Source: Planctomycetota bacterium
GTDB lineage: Bacteria; Planctomycetota; UBA1135
DNA length: 64,000 nt
Assembly: GCA_030748415.1 (NCBI GenBank)
Contig: JASMMA010000004.1
Span: forward strand, 150,501 to 214,500
Direction of reading: 5' to 3'
The notes under the pieces: generated by a model
What the model was told of the DNA's origin: nothing
Database searches by the model: none
The model's input: only the letters and a program-made list of their open reading frames with translations
Made by a program: the position numbers and the translations under genes
Shown here: in pieces, positions 48,576 to 57,331 of the stretch
How the letters are laid out: every line of letters begins with the position of its first letter
How positions within the stretch are numbered: position 1 is the first letter of the stretch

Positions 48576-48632
48576 GGCTGGGTGTTTAGTCGTTTGATTG
48601 GATTATCGGACAAACTTCGCCCAGCCTTTTTT
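48576..48632 (+). terminator. putative terminator of the TR-containing transcript
   Basis: The stem ggctgggtg/cgcccagcc (one G-U pair) encloses a 33-nt structured loop and is followed by T6. Confidence 0.5.
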
Positions 48633-48793
48633 AATCGGCTTGATTTTGGCTGGAATGTATGTTGAATAGAAGTGAGATTCTAAATTACATAAAATGATTC
48701 CGCACTCTATACGAAAAAGTATCTTATCGCGGCTCAATGAATTTCCAGCCGTAGCCAAATTGTGCCAATGTTTGTCCCATCATTATTGGAAGA

Positions 48794-48892
48794 TAACCAC
48801 GGCAATAACCCAACCTGGACCTTTTGCGTGGAGTGACTTGACCATGCCCCGAATGTCGTGAAAAACCCAAAAGCAAAAGAGTCGAAAGTTGC
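48794..48892 (+). pseudogene. decayed fragment of a second HRDC-type DGR accessory gene
   Basis: This 99 bp aligns to 47042-47140 with 7 mismatches by manual alignment. One mismatch, TGC to TGA, creates an in-frame stop. No homology extends beyond the fragment. Confidence 0.75.
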
Positions 48893-48904
48893 ACCGCCTT
48901 TTTT

Positions 48905-48975
48905 TATGTGTTCATCCATGGCTCGCGGCAGTGCGGAAAGACGACTTTGGCGCTAAAGATTGGTCAGCAAACTGT
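48905..48975 (+). pseudogene. possible remnant of a P-loop (AAA/DUF4143-like) ATPase gene
   Basis: It translates to FIHGSRQCGKTTLALKIGQQ, i.e. a Walker A motif GxxxxGKT in the context typical of GPRQxGKTTLA ATPases. The frame then runs into repeat sequence with no further protein-like content. Confidence 0.35.
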
Positions 48976-49005
48976 TGATGGTCCTCTATCACCAAGCGCC
49001 AGTTT

Positions 49006-49171
49006 TAACGGCCGTTATCGCCCAAACCGATTGGGGGTGTGGGGTGGAGGTGGGGGCGCGAGGGCAATCCTATTTCGCGGAGCTTCGGAGAAACGAGCGC
49101 CTGTGGCGCGAGTTTTTCCGGCGGAGCCGAAATGGGATGTGCCCGGGAGCCCCAGCAACACGCAAGGAGCC
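49006..49171 (+). repeat. 166-bp repeat element, copy 1
   Basis: The reverse complement of 52958-53123 matches it with 7 mismatches in about 166 nt, and the central stretch of over 110 bp is identical. It abuts the folA stop codon. Confidence 0.9.
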
Positions 49172-49675
49172 CTAACCCCGGTAAACGCAAAAACAAAACC
49201 GAAGCCCGTTCTCTTCTTGAACTGGAGACTCAGACCGAAGATTCCACTGAGACTCGTCAGGAAGGAAGAAAGTGTCGCAATCAAATGTTGCGTGAACCGC
49301 AGTCAGGAAGATTGCGTTGCAATCACCATGCTTAAGAGCTTCCTGGTAAAGGGAACCGCCTCCGATGACAAAAACCTCATCGGAATCAGCTGCAAGCCCT
49401 AATGCCTCATCAAGAGAATGGGCGAGGCCAGTTCCTTCGGGCAAAGAAAAATCAGCTTGCCTGGACAACACAATATTTTTTCGGCCGGGCAATGGCCGAT
49501 ACTTTTCAGGAATGGAGTCCCAAGTTTTTCGACCCATGATGACAGCGTTGCTTCCTTTGCCCGTTGTGGTTTCTCGAAAATACTTCATGTCCGCAGACAA
49601 TTTCCAAGGCAAGTCTCCATCTTTTCCAATGCCACCCTTTTCATCCATCGCAACAATGATGGAGAACGGGCTCAC
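49172..49675 (-). CDS. folA: dihydrofolate reductase
   Basis: It contains [18 protein letters not shown]...[12 protein letters not shown]...[11 protein letters not shown]. Confidence 0.93.
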   Translation of the reverse strand: MSPFSIIVAMDEKGGIGKDGDLPWKLSADMKYFRETTTGKGSNAVIMGRKTWDSIPEKYRPLPGRKNIVLSRQADFSLPEGTGLAHSLDEALGLAADSDEVFVIGGGSLYQEALKHGDCNAIFLTAVHATFDCDTFFLPDESQWNLRSESPVQEENGLRFCFCVYRG

Positions 49676-50454
49676 ACTGCAACCTCGAATTTAATGAAGG
49701 GTGCGTGTTCGTAATTATGAAGAGTAATATCTTCGAAGACGAGGTCCGCCATCGCTTTATTCGCAATCTTCACCTGAGGAAGGGTCCCAGGAGTGCGTTC
49801 GAGTTGTTTGCGTACGCCTTCAACATGGTTCAAGTAAATATGTGCATCGCCAATCGTGTGAACAAAGCAACGGGGGGTCATGCCGACTTCTTTGGCAACC
49901 ATCATGAGTAGGAGGGCGTAGGAGGCGATATTGAACGGCACTCCCAAGGCCAAATCCGCCGAGCGTTGGTAAAGCTGAAGATCCAGCTCGCCATTATTCG
50001 TGGCGTAGAATTGAAAAATTGTGTGGCACGGTTGAAGGCGCATCTTGGGGAGATCCTCCACATTCCAGGCGCTGACTAAATTCCGCCGACTGGTGGGGTC
50101 GGATTTCAGGAGGTCAATGGCTCCCTGAATTTGGTCATGACCCCGCCCACCCCAACTGCGCCATTGCGCCCCATAAATCGGACCCAGGTCGCCACTCTCA
50201 TCGGCCCATGCATCCCAGATGGGAGTGTGCTCGGTGAGGTCATCGTGAATGTTGGTGGAGCCCTTGAGAAACCAGAGAAGTTCTCGGACAACTGCCGAAA
50301 AGAGGACCTTTTTGGTGGTTAAGAGGGGAAAACCGCCCCGCAAGTCGTAGCGGCTCTGAGTACCAAAAACGGACAAAGTACCGGTACCGGTCCGGTCCGA
50401 GCGCTCTTCGCCGCTCTCGAGGACTTGGGTCAAAAGGCTGAGGTATTGCTTCAA
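49672..50454 (-). CDS. thyA: thymidylate synthase (ThyA)
   Basis: It contains [20 protein letters not shown]...[11 protein letters not shown]...[15 protein letters not shown]. Confidence 0.95.
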   Translation of the reverse strand: MKQYLSLLTQVLESGEERSDRTGTGTLSVFGTQSRYDLRGGFPLLTTKKVLFSAVVRELLWFLKGSTNIHDDLTEHTPIWDAWADESGDLGPIYGAQWRSWGGRGHDQIQGAIDLLKSDPTSRRNLVSAWNVEDLPKMRLQPCHTIFQFYATNNGELDLQLYQRSADLALGVPFNIASYALLLMMVAKEVGMTPRCFVHTIGDAHIYLNHVEGVRKQLERTPGTLPQVKIANKAMADLVFEDITLHNYEHAPFIKFEVAV

Positions 50455-50519
50455 GGATTGTATCCGGCAGGGTGGATATCGGTTAGCATAGGAAAACCGC
50501 CCATGCGGTTGAAATACAC

Positions 50520-52886
50520 ATGATCATCCCCTCCATTCTTTTTTCACTTTTTCTGTTCCCCCAACAACCGGCTCCCCAAGGTGTTCCAGCCGATGCTCAG
50601 CATTTAGAGCATGGTTCTGTAATTGCCTGGACTTGGTCGGATTCTGAAGGGATTCCCCACTACAAAGTATCCCTGGACAAGGGGGAAACCTGGGGCCGTA
50701 CCCGTGAAACCTCTTACGACATCATGCTTCGCTATTCGGAGTTCGATCCGGTTGTTGATGGCGCGCCATCGGTTCCCGACGAACTGGCCGCTCCTGCAAA
50801 TAATGAACTTTGGATTGTTCAGTATGCCGGGAAAGGAGTAGAGCCTTTCCGCGAAGAGATTCGCGCAATGGGTGGAGTTGCCCACCGTTTCCTTGCGAAC
50901 CACGCAAACATTTGGCGGATGGATTCTGAAACAGCATCCAAAGTTTCTGAACTTCCCTTCGTGCGTTGGGTTGGTGCTTTCCACCCTGCCTACAAGTTGG
51001 AAAACGAATTGCTGGAGGCGTTCCTGAAAGATGAACTCCAAACTCGCCGCTACCACATAGTTGTGGGTGAGTGGGGGGAAGGCGAAAAGGTCACCCTGAC
51101 TCAAGCCCTTACGGCAATGGATGCCGAAGTGCTTTCTGCAATCCCTCAAGGGTGGATTGTGGATGCCCGATTGACCCCCGAACAGTTCCTGAATGTTATT
51201 GCGCGTAATGAAGTTGTGGGAATTGATCGCATGGGGGACCCGGAAACGGACATGAATGTTGTGCGCCAAAAAATGGGCGCCGATTATGTCGAGGGCATTG
51301 GCGGTTGGGATGGCACCGGAGTTCGCGCCGAGGTCATGGATGGCAACCTTTCAACCGGTTCATGGATTACACATTCCACTATTTGGCATGGTTCTCATTC
51401 GGGCTCTACATCCCATGGAACATCAACCTATAGCATCAACTTTTCCAATGGAACAGGCAACCCAAACCACCGCGGCGTGGCCCCTGATGCTCAAGGAATT
51501 TTTGCGGACTATTCAAGCTTTGGAAATCGTTACACCCACACTGCAGAATTGGTGGACCCAAACGACCAATACCGCGCAGTTTACCAGTCGAATTCCTGGG
51601 GCGACTCGCGAACCCGCTCCTACACTTCTAAATCACAGGAAATGGATGACATCATTTATATCAATGACATCGTGATTACTCAGTCGCAGTCTAATGCTGG
51701 AAACCAGGACTCCCGGCCCCAAGCATGGGCGAAGAATGTTGTTGCGGTGGGCGGTATTTACCACTACGGGAATACCAATGATGGAGATGACAAATGGAGC
51801 TCTGGTGGTTCAACAGGGCCAGCTGCTGATGGTCGCATCAAACCCGATTTGAGTGCTTACTATGACCAGATTCAAACTTCTGCCAGCAGTTCTTTTGGCG
51901 GAACTTCAGCTGCTTCTCCAATTGTTGCTGGCCACTTTGCTCTTCTGCACGAAATGTGGCATGACGGTGTGTTTGGAAACACTGTGGGTTCCGATGTTTT
52001 TGATAGCCGCCCGCATAGTTCAACCGCCCGCGCTCTCATGATTAACTCTGCATGGATGTGGCCATCCAATCAGGCCGACATTACCCGGATGCGTCAAGGG
52101 TGGGGCCGTCCTGATTTGGAACATATGTATGACAATGCGTTCAATACTCAGTGGGTGGATGAGGGCATTGTCTTGAAAGATATGGAGTCTTACACCACTC
52201 AGGTGGATGTGCCACCTGGCCAAACTGAATTCCGCGCCACCATGGTTTACATGGACCGTGCTGGAACGACCTCTTCTTCATTGCACCGCATCAACGATAT
52301 GTCGCTTCAGGTGACGGACCCTTCTGGCACTGTTTACTGGGGCAACAATGGTCTTTCCAACGCCAATGTTTCCAGCTCTGGCGGAACTTCCAACACGAAA
52401 GACACCGTCGAGCGCGTCATTGTTGCGAACCCAAGCTCTGGAACTTGGACTGTGACCGTTCATGCCGATGACATCAATCAGGACACTCATCCTGAAAATG
52501 GTTCCACGCCACCCGATGCTGATTTTTCTTTGGCAATCACTCCAGCTCTTCCGATTGGTGGAAATGACACCATTAACTTGATTGGCCCTACGGTTGCCTG
52601 GCCCAACACCACACTGAATTGGACCTGGACCGGCGTTCCTCCGGGAAGTACCTACTACTTTGCTTACAGCAACAGTGGAGCGGGAACCGTTTACCAAGGT
52701 CATGACTTTGACTTAGGTTTCCCACCGATAATTTTGGATACTGGAACTTCTTCCAATAATGGCTCTGGTTCCTTCACAGCAAGAGTTCCAGCCGGAACCT
52801 CCGGCCGCACGGTTTATTTTGAAACCGTTGCGACTGTCAACGGAAATTGGTACGACTCCAACATGTTGGCGTTGACGATTCTGTAA
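50520..52886 (+). CDS. secreted subtilisin-like (S8 family) serine peptidase with C-terminal beta-rich domains
   Basis: It has a signal-like N-terminus, candidate catalytic Asp (VRAEVMDGN) and His (SHGTSTY) motifs, and a clear Ser motif ([13 protein letters not shown]). Confidence 0.75.
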   Translation: MIIPSILFSLFLFPQQPAPQGVPADAQHLEHGSVIAWTWSDSEGIPHYKVSLDKGETWGRTRETSYDIMLRYSEFDPVVDGAPSVPDELAAPANNELWIVQYAGKGVEPFREEIRAMGGVAHRFLANHANIWRMDSETASKVSELPFVRWVGAFHPAYKLENELLEAFLKDELQTRRYHIVVGEWGEGEKVTLTQALTAMDAEVLSAIPQGWIVDARLTPEQFLNVIARNEVVGIDRMGDPETDMNVVRQKMGADYVEGIGGWDGTGVRAEVMDGNLSTGSWITHSTIWHGSHSGSTSHGTSTYSINFSNGTGNPNHRGVAPDAQGIFADYSSFGNRYTHTAELVDPNDQYRAVYQSNSWGDSRTRSYTSKSQEMDDIIYINDIVITQSQSNAGNQDSRPQAWAKNVVAVGGIYHYGNTNDGDDKWSSGGSTGPAADGRIKPDLSAYYDQIQTSASSSFGGTSAASPIVAGHFALLHEMWHDGVFGNTVGSDVFDSRPHSSTARALMINSAWMWPSNQADITRMRQGWGRPDLEHMYDNAFNTQWVDEGIVLKDMESYTTQVDVPPGQTEFRATMVYMDRAGTTSSSLHRINDMSLQVTDPSGTVYWGNNGLSNANVSSSGGTSNTKDTVERVIVANPSSGTWTVTVHADDINQDTHPENGSTPPDADFSLAITPALPIGGNDTINLIGPTVAWPNTTLNWTWTGVPPGSTYYFAYSNSGAGTVYQGHDFDLGFPPIILDTGTSSNNGSGSFTARVPAGTSGRTVYFETVATVNGNWYDSNMLALTIL

Positions 52887-52957
52887 TACCGAACCCGACC
52901 CTTTTTACCGAGAAAAAAAGACCCGACTCATAAGAGGCTCCCAGGGTTTTCTATTGC

Positions 52958-53123
52958 GGTTCCTTGGGTGCTGCTGGGGCTCCCGGGCACATCCCATTTC
53001 GGCTCCGCCGGAAAAACTCGCGCCACAGGCGCTCGTTTCTCCGAAGCTCCGCGAAATAGGATTGCCCTCGCGCCCCAACCTCCACCCCACACCCCCAACC
53101 GGTTTTGGCGATATCGGCCGTTA
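52958..53123 (-). repeat. 166-bp repeat element, copy 2 (inverted relative to copy 1)
   Basis: See copy 1. It begins 72 nt after the peptidase stop codon. Confidence 0.9.
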
Positions 53124-53240
53124 GAAGTTGGTTTTAGACCATCGCCCCAAATTCCTAGTGGCGGATTTGGTGGGTCACTTATTGGCTCGAGGGTCCGGTT
53201 GCGCGTATTTTGGCGCTATGCCGCCGGAGGCGGCTTAGTG

Positions 53241-53390
53241 CCACTGGAGCGCAACGGATTCCCTCGCGCAAAAAAAAACAAACACTACCCAACAAAGACC
53301 ATCACAAACAAATCATCCACTGGAGCGCAACGGATTACCTCGTGCAAAAAAACAAACACTACCCAACAAAGACCATCACAAACAAATCAG
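53241..53390. repeat. tandem direct repeat, 2 units of about 75 bp, strongly C/A-rich on the plus strand
   Basis: Unit 1 (53241-53316) and unit 2 (53317-53390) differ only by a few substitutions and the length of an A-run. Each starts ccactggagcgcaacggatt. Confidence 0.9.
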
Positions 53391-53391
53391 G

Positions 53392-54123
53392 TCAACGCAA
53401 ATAAGTAAAAGTAGGATTGGAAAACTTGTCCTTTCGAATTTCTTGAGCGAGGGCAAGTTCGGCGGGGAGCCAATCGCCCTGGGTAAATGAGTATTGGGTT
53501 CCCTTTTCAAGAGCGGCAACGAGGTGGGGGATATGTGGCTCGGTGCCAAGGGCAGCGATGTTGGGCGTTTCTTGAGGGGCAGAAAGGACGAGGCTTCCGT
53601 GAAAGAGAACCCAGCCACTCCGCCGGCGGGCCGCCGACCCAAGGAGTTTTTTATTATCCAGTCCAATATCGAGCGGGGAAGAATCTTCAAAGCACCATGC
53701 CGAGTGAGGGACATCACTTCTCATTTTTTCACCGATGCGTAAGTTCACGGAGCCCTTTGCTTGAAGGGACAGTTCTTCCAAGAGGCAGCAATGGATTATT
53801 TCCATGGTCTTGGCTGGGCCGCCGGAAAGGAAGCCCTCCTCAGGCACGCAAAGAGAGTAGGTGAGCTCATGTTCGTGCAGAATTGCCTTCCCACCGGTCG
53901 TGCGCCGCACAATGTCACAGCCGCGTTTGCGAACTGTCTCCAGCGGCAGGTCCTCGGCCGTTTGAAAGTAGCCCAAGCTCAAAGTGGGTCGCACCCAACG
54001 ATAAAAACGCAAGCTTGGAATCGAACGCAATTCGAGGAGCGCTTCATCTCGCGCCATGTTGAGCGCGCCATCGAGAGGCGGGTCCAAAAGGAGGCGTGCG
54101 GTTTGCCCCCCGGTGCAACTCAT
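53392..54123 (-). CDS. lipoate-protein ligase / octanoyltransferase family protein (LplA/LipM-like)
   Basis: It shows the BPL_LplA_LipB pattern (LNMARDEALLE, RRTTGGKAILHEHELTYS). The ATG at 54123 overlaps the gcvPB stop (ATGA). It is the last gene of the gcv operon. Confidence 0.75.
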   Translation of the reverse strand: MSCTGGQTARLLLDPPLDGALNMARDEALLELRSIPSLRFYRWVRPTLSLGYFQTAEDLPLETVRKRGCDIVRRTTGGKAILHEHELTYSLCVPEEGFLSGGPAKTMEIIHCCLLEELSLQAKGSVNLRIGEKMRSDVPHSAWCFEDSSPLDIGLDNKKLLGSAARRRSGWVLFHGSLVLSAPQETPNIAALGTEPHIPHLVAALEKGTQYSFTQGDWLPAELALAQEIRKDKFSNPTFTYLR

Positions 54124-55577
54124 TTTTGTGCCCAAGTCAAAATGGGTTCCTTGACAGCGCGCGCTTCATCTACACGACTCACGGGCATATTTTGAGGTGC
54201 GGAGTTCAAACGAGAGTCTCCCGCTTCAGCTTCTTTAGCAATCTCAATCATGGTTTGAGCGAAGGCATCCAAAGTTGCTTTAGATTCCGTTTCGGTCGGC
54301 TCGATCATGATGGCTTCATTCACAACCAGAGGAAAGTAAACCGTGGGCGGGTGGTAGCCCCGTTCGATTAAGCGTTTTGCGATATCCATAGTGCGGATTC
54401 CATTCTCGCGCATCGATTTCTTGGGGCGGGCAACAAATTCGTGCGTGCAAATGCGGTCGTAAGGAACGCGCCAATGGTCACGAAGTTTGACCCGCAAGTA
54501 GTTCGCATTGAGGACGGCGTTTTCGGCTACGCGCAACATGCCCTCGGGGCCGAGTCGTTTAATGTAAGTCCATGCTCGCAGAAGAACGAGAAAGTTTCCA
54601 TGGAAAGCGCGCAGGCGGCCAATCGAGGAATCGTTGCCATTCTCAATTCGGTAGCCGTTCTCGTCTTCCACAACACGCGGGTTAGGAAGATAAGGTCCAA
54701 GCTCTTCAGTTACACAAATGGGGCCAGAACCCGGGCCCCCTCCGCCGTGCGGAGTGGAAAAGGACTTGTGCAAGTTCAAATGCATCATGTCCACGCCAAA
54801 ATCACCCGGACGAGTAATCCCCATGATGGCATTGAAGTTTGCGCCATCCATGTAAACTTTCCCCCCAGCTTCATGAACTGCATCGCATATTTCGCTGATG
54901 CTCTCTTCAAAGAGACCCAATGTATTTGGGTTTGTAATCATCAAGCCCGCAGTGTCGGGGCCAAGATGGGCCCGCAAGTCTTTGCGGTCGAGAAGCCCGC
55001 GCTTTGAAGATTGAATCGTGACCACCTTGAAACCGGCAAGGGTGCAAGACGCAGGGTTCGTGCCGTGGGCACTATCTGGAATCAAAATAGTGCGTCGCTC
55101 TGTTTCACCGCGCTCATCCAGCCAAGCACGCAAAACCATAAGAGCGGTGAGTTCGCCGTGCGCACCTGCAGCTGGGTGGAGCGTAACCTCGGGCAAACCG
55201 GTCGCCTCTGCAAGGTCTTCTTGAAGTTCCCACATTAAAGAGAGCGCGCCTTGAACTTCGCCATCATCTTGCCATGGGTGAAGCCCACTCCAATGGCTGC
55301 GGGCTGCAACGCTTTCATGAAGTGTTGGGTTGTACTTCATGGTGCAGGAACCCAGAGGGTAGAAATGAGTCGTAATAGCAAAATTTTTCTGACTCAAACG
55401 AGTGAAATGTCGGACAACATCGATTTCGCTCAATTCAGGTAACTTTGGAGCTTGCTCCCGGAGTTCAGATTCCGGAAGACCGGCGATTGCAGCTTTTCTA
55501 TCCGCGCCCGCAGTGCGAACACATCGGCGGCCAGGAACACTTTCTTCATTCAACAAGGGGACGATTTCCAAGTTCAT
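54120..55577 (-). CDS. gcvPB: glycine dehydrogenase (decarboxylating) subunit 2
   Basis: The start at 55577 (MNLEIVPLL) overlaps the gcvPA stop. The PLP region is HLNLHKSFSTPHGGGGPG. Confidence 0.93.
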   Translation of the reverse strand: MNLEIVPLLNEESVPGRRCVRTAGADRKAAIAGLPESELREQAPKLPELSEIDVVRHFTRLSQKNFAITTHFYPLGSCTMKYNPTLHESVAARSHWSGLHPWQDDGEVQGALSLMWELQEDLAEATGLPEVTLHPAAGAHGELTALMVLRAWLDERGETERRTILIPDSAHGTNPASCTLAGFKVVTIQSSKRGLLDRKDLRAHLGPDTAGLMITNPNTLGLFEESISEICDAVHEAGGKVYMDGANFNAIMGITRPGDFGVDMMHLNLHKSFSTPHGGGGPGSGPICVTEELGPYLPNPRVVEDENGYRIENGNDSSIGRLRAFHGNFLVLLRAWTYIKRLGPEGMLRVAENAVLNANYLRVKLRDHWRVPYDRICTHEFVARPKKSMRENGIRTMDIAKRLIERGYHPPTVYFPLVVNEAIMIEPTETESKATLDAFAQTMIEIAKEAEAGDSRLNSAPQNMPVSRVDEARAVKEPILTWAQK

Positions 55578-56935
55578 AGTGAAATCTCCATGCGGAATGT
55601 GTTTCGAGCTTGGGCGCAAAGGCGTTTGATGTCTTCGGGCCGCGTTCGTTCGGTACAAGCGAGGGTGAAAATGCCCTCCATGCCTTCGTACCATTTGCTC
55701 ATAGGAAGGACTGCCTGGATACCTGCCTGACTGAGGGCAGTTTTGAATTGGGCGACGGCTGGCGCTCCACCGGCAGCGCGGAATGCGACCTCGTTGAAGA
55801 ATGGGCGATTGGGGTAGGCGAGTTCAAGGCCATCAACTGCACACAATTCCTCGGCAAGTTGAAGGGCGCGCTGTCGCGAGACGCAGGCGATTTCTTCGAG
55901 CCCCTGAGGCCCAAGAGCTGCGAGGTGAATGCACCCTCGAAGGGCCATGAGAGCATTATTCGTGCAAATGTTGGATGTGGCCTTTTCGCGGCGAATGTGT
56001 TGTTCGCGTGTTTGGAAAGTCAGGGTGTAAGCGGTTCGACCATCTTGGTCCACACTTGCGCCCACGAGTCGTCCAGGAATTTTGCGCACAAACTTTTGGC
56101 GGGTAGCAAAGAAGCCAAAGTGAGGGCCGCCATAACTCATGGGGACACCCAAGGGTTGGCCCTCTCCTACAACAATGTCAAAACCGGCCGCACCAGGTGA
56201 GCGAAGAAGTCCCAAGGCGATGGGGTTCACCGATGCAATCGCAAGGGCTCCCGTTTCTTGGCAAGACGCCGCGACCGGATCCAGGGATTCAACATTTCCC
56301 AAAAAGTTGGGTTGTTGAACCAATACCGCAGCAGTTTCAGGGTTCACGAAACCATTCCAATCAGTAACGCCATCTCGAAGCGGTGCCTCGACGATTTCAA
56401 TGTTTTGATATTTGAGATAAGTTTGAATGGTAGCCCGCGAATCAGGGTGAAGGCCTGCAGAAACTACGACACGCTTTCGGCGTGTAGTAGATGTTGCAAG
56501 TAGTAATGCTTCTGCACAAGAGGATGCGCCGTCATACATGGACGCGTTTGCGACATCCATGCCGCAGAGTTCTGCAATCATGGACTGAAATTCGAAAATG
56601 CTCTGAAGGGTACCCTGCGAACATTCTGGTTGATAAGGAGTGTAAGCGGTTAGGAATTCAGACCGCCCCGAAAGTTGATCCACGATTGATGGCCAAGAAT
56701 GGTCCCAGGTTCCACCACCGAGGAAGCAAGAACCATCCGCAGCGGAACGGTTCCAGGAACCTTTTTCTTTAAGCTGGCGATCTAGGTCCTGTTCGGTCAG
56801 GCCTCCCTCAATTTCAAGTGGACGATTGAGCTGGATAGCCTCAGGAATATTTGTAAATAGCTCCTGGATGTTTTTGGCGCCCATGTCACCAAGCATCTCC
56901 AATCGCTCTTGGTCAGTGTTGGGGATGTAAGGCAT
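55574..56935 (-). CDS. gcvPA: glycine dehydrogenase (decarboxylating) subunit 1
   Basis: It begins MPYIPNTDQERLEML and contains TAYTPYQPECSQGTLQ. Confidence 0.93.
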   Translation of the reverse strand: MPYIPNTDQERLEMLGDMGAKNIQELFTNIPEAIQLNRPLEIEGGLTEQDLDRQLKEKGSWNRSAADGSCFLGGGTWDHSWPSIVDQLSGRSEFLTAYTPYQPECSQGTLQSIFEFQSMIAELCGMDVANASMYDGASSCAEALLLATSTTRRKRVVVSAGLHPDSRATIQTYLKYQNIEIVEAPLRDGVTDWNGFVNPETAAVLVQQPNFLGNVESLDPVAASCQETGALAIASVNPIALGLLRSPGAAGFDIVVGEGQPLGVPMSYGGPHFGFFATRQKFVRKIPGRLVGASVDQDGRTAYTLTFQTREQHIRREKATSNICTNNALMALRGCIHLAALGPQGLEEIACVSRQRALQLAEELCAVDGLELAYPNRPFFNEVAFRAAGGAPAVAQFKTALSQAGIQAVLPMSKWYEGMEGIFTLACTERTRPEDIKRLCAQARNTFRMEISL

Positions 56936-56940
56936 TTCAG

Positions 56941-57324
56941 TTATTGGACAGATTCGACGAGCTTTTCGTAGGCTTCGGCATCGAGGAGGCCGGCGACAGA
57001 ATCAGAACCGGAAACTTTTAGTTTCAAGAGCCAGCCATTTCCGAATGGGTCCTCTTGAAGTTGCGCCAGATTGTCGGCAAGTTCGGTATTGACCTCAGAA
57101 ATTTCACCTTCAACTGGGGAAGAGAGATCCGATACGGCTTTCACAGATTCAACTTCACCAAAGTTCTCGCCTTTGGAAATGGAATCTCCAGCATCGGGTA
57201 GGTCAAGGTAAACCAATTCGCCAAGTTGTTCGATGGCGAAATCCGTAATGCCAATGGTGACAGTGTCGCCTTCGAGTTTTGCCCACTCGTGGCTTTCAAG
57301 GTAAAAACGATCTTCAGGGCGCAT
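56941..57324 (-). CDS. gcvH: glycine cleavage system H protein
   Basis: The start at 57324 gives MRPEDRFYLESHEWAKLEGD. The lipoyl-Lys motif is VESVKAVSD. Confidence 0.93.
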   Translation of the reverse strand: MRPEDRFYLESHEWAKLEGDTVTIGITDFAIEQLGELVYLDLPDAGDSISKGENFGEVESVKAVSDLSSPVEGEISEVNTELADNLAQLQEDPFGNGWLLKLKVSGSDSVAGLLDAEAYEKLVESVQ

Positions 57325-57331
57325 GTTTGAA

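Larger units (their letters stand above)
45576..48632 (+). mobile_element. diversity-generating retroelement (target/VR, HRDC accessory, RT, TR, 3' structured flank)
   Basis: All canonical parts are present in the same orientation; see the individual features below. Confidence 0.9.

Noticed and set aside
45360-48640. I considered whether the DGR could be part of a prophage.
   Set aside because: No capsid, tail, integrase or att-like features are visible in the flanking 10 kb. The neighbours are lipoprotein genes and folA/thyA.
49039-49335. A small ORF (MGWRWGREGNPISRSFGETSACGASFSGGAEMGCAREPQQH...) is present in both copies of the 166-bp repeat; the second copy is at 52905..53090 on the minus strand.
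   Set aside because: The identical peptide merely reflects the repeat. Outside the repeat the two ORFs diverge completely, copy 1 continues antisense into folA, and the composition is Gly/Arg/Ala-rich. I treat the element as non-coding.
48908-49402. A 164-aa plus-strand ORF begins with a Walker-A-like peptide.
   Set aside because: Only the first about 20 codons look protein-like, and I recorded these as a possible pseudogene fragment. The rest runs through the 166-bp repeat and antisense through folA.
49006-53123. I considered whether the inverted repeats could be the ends of a composite transposon or an IS.
   Set aside because: There is no transposase or integrase inside or nearby, and the cargo is core metabolism (folA, thyA). 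I kept it as a repeat finding rather than annotating a mobile element.
53241-53390. I considered whether the tandem repeats could be a CRISPR array.
   Set aside because: There are only two directly abutting 75-bp units with no unique spacers between them, and no cas genes are nearby.
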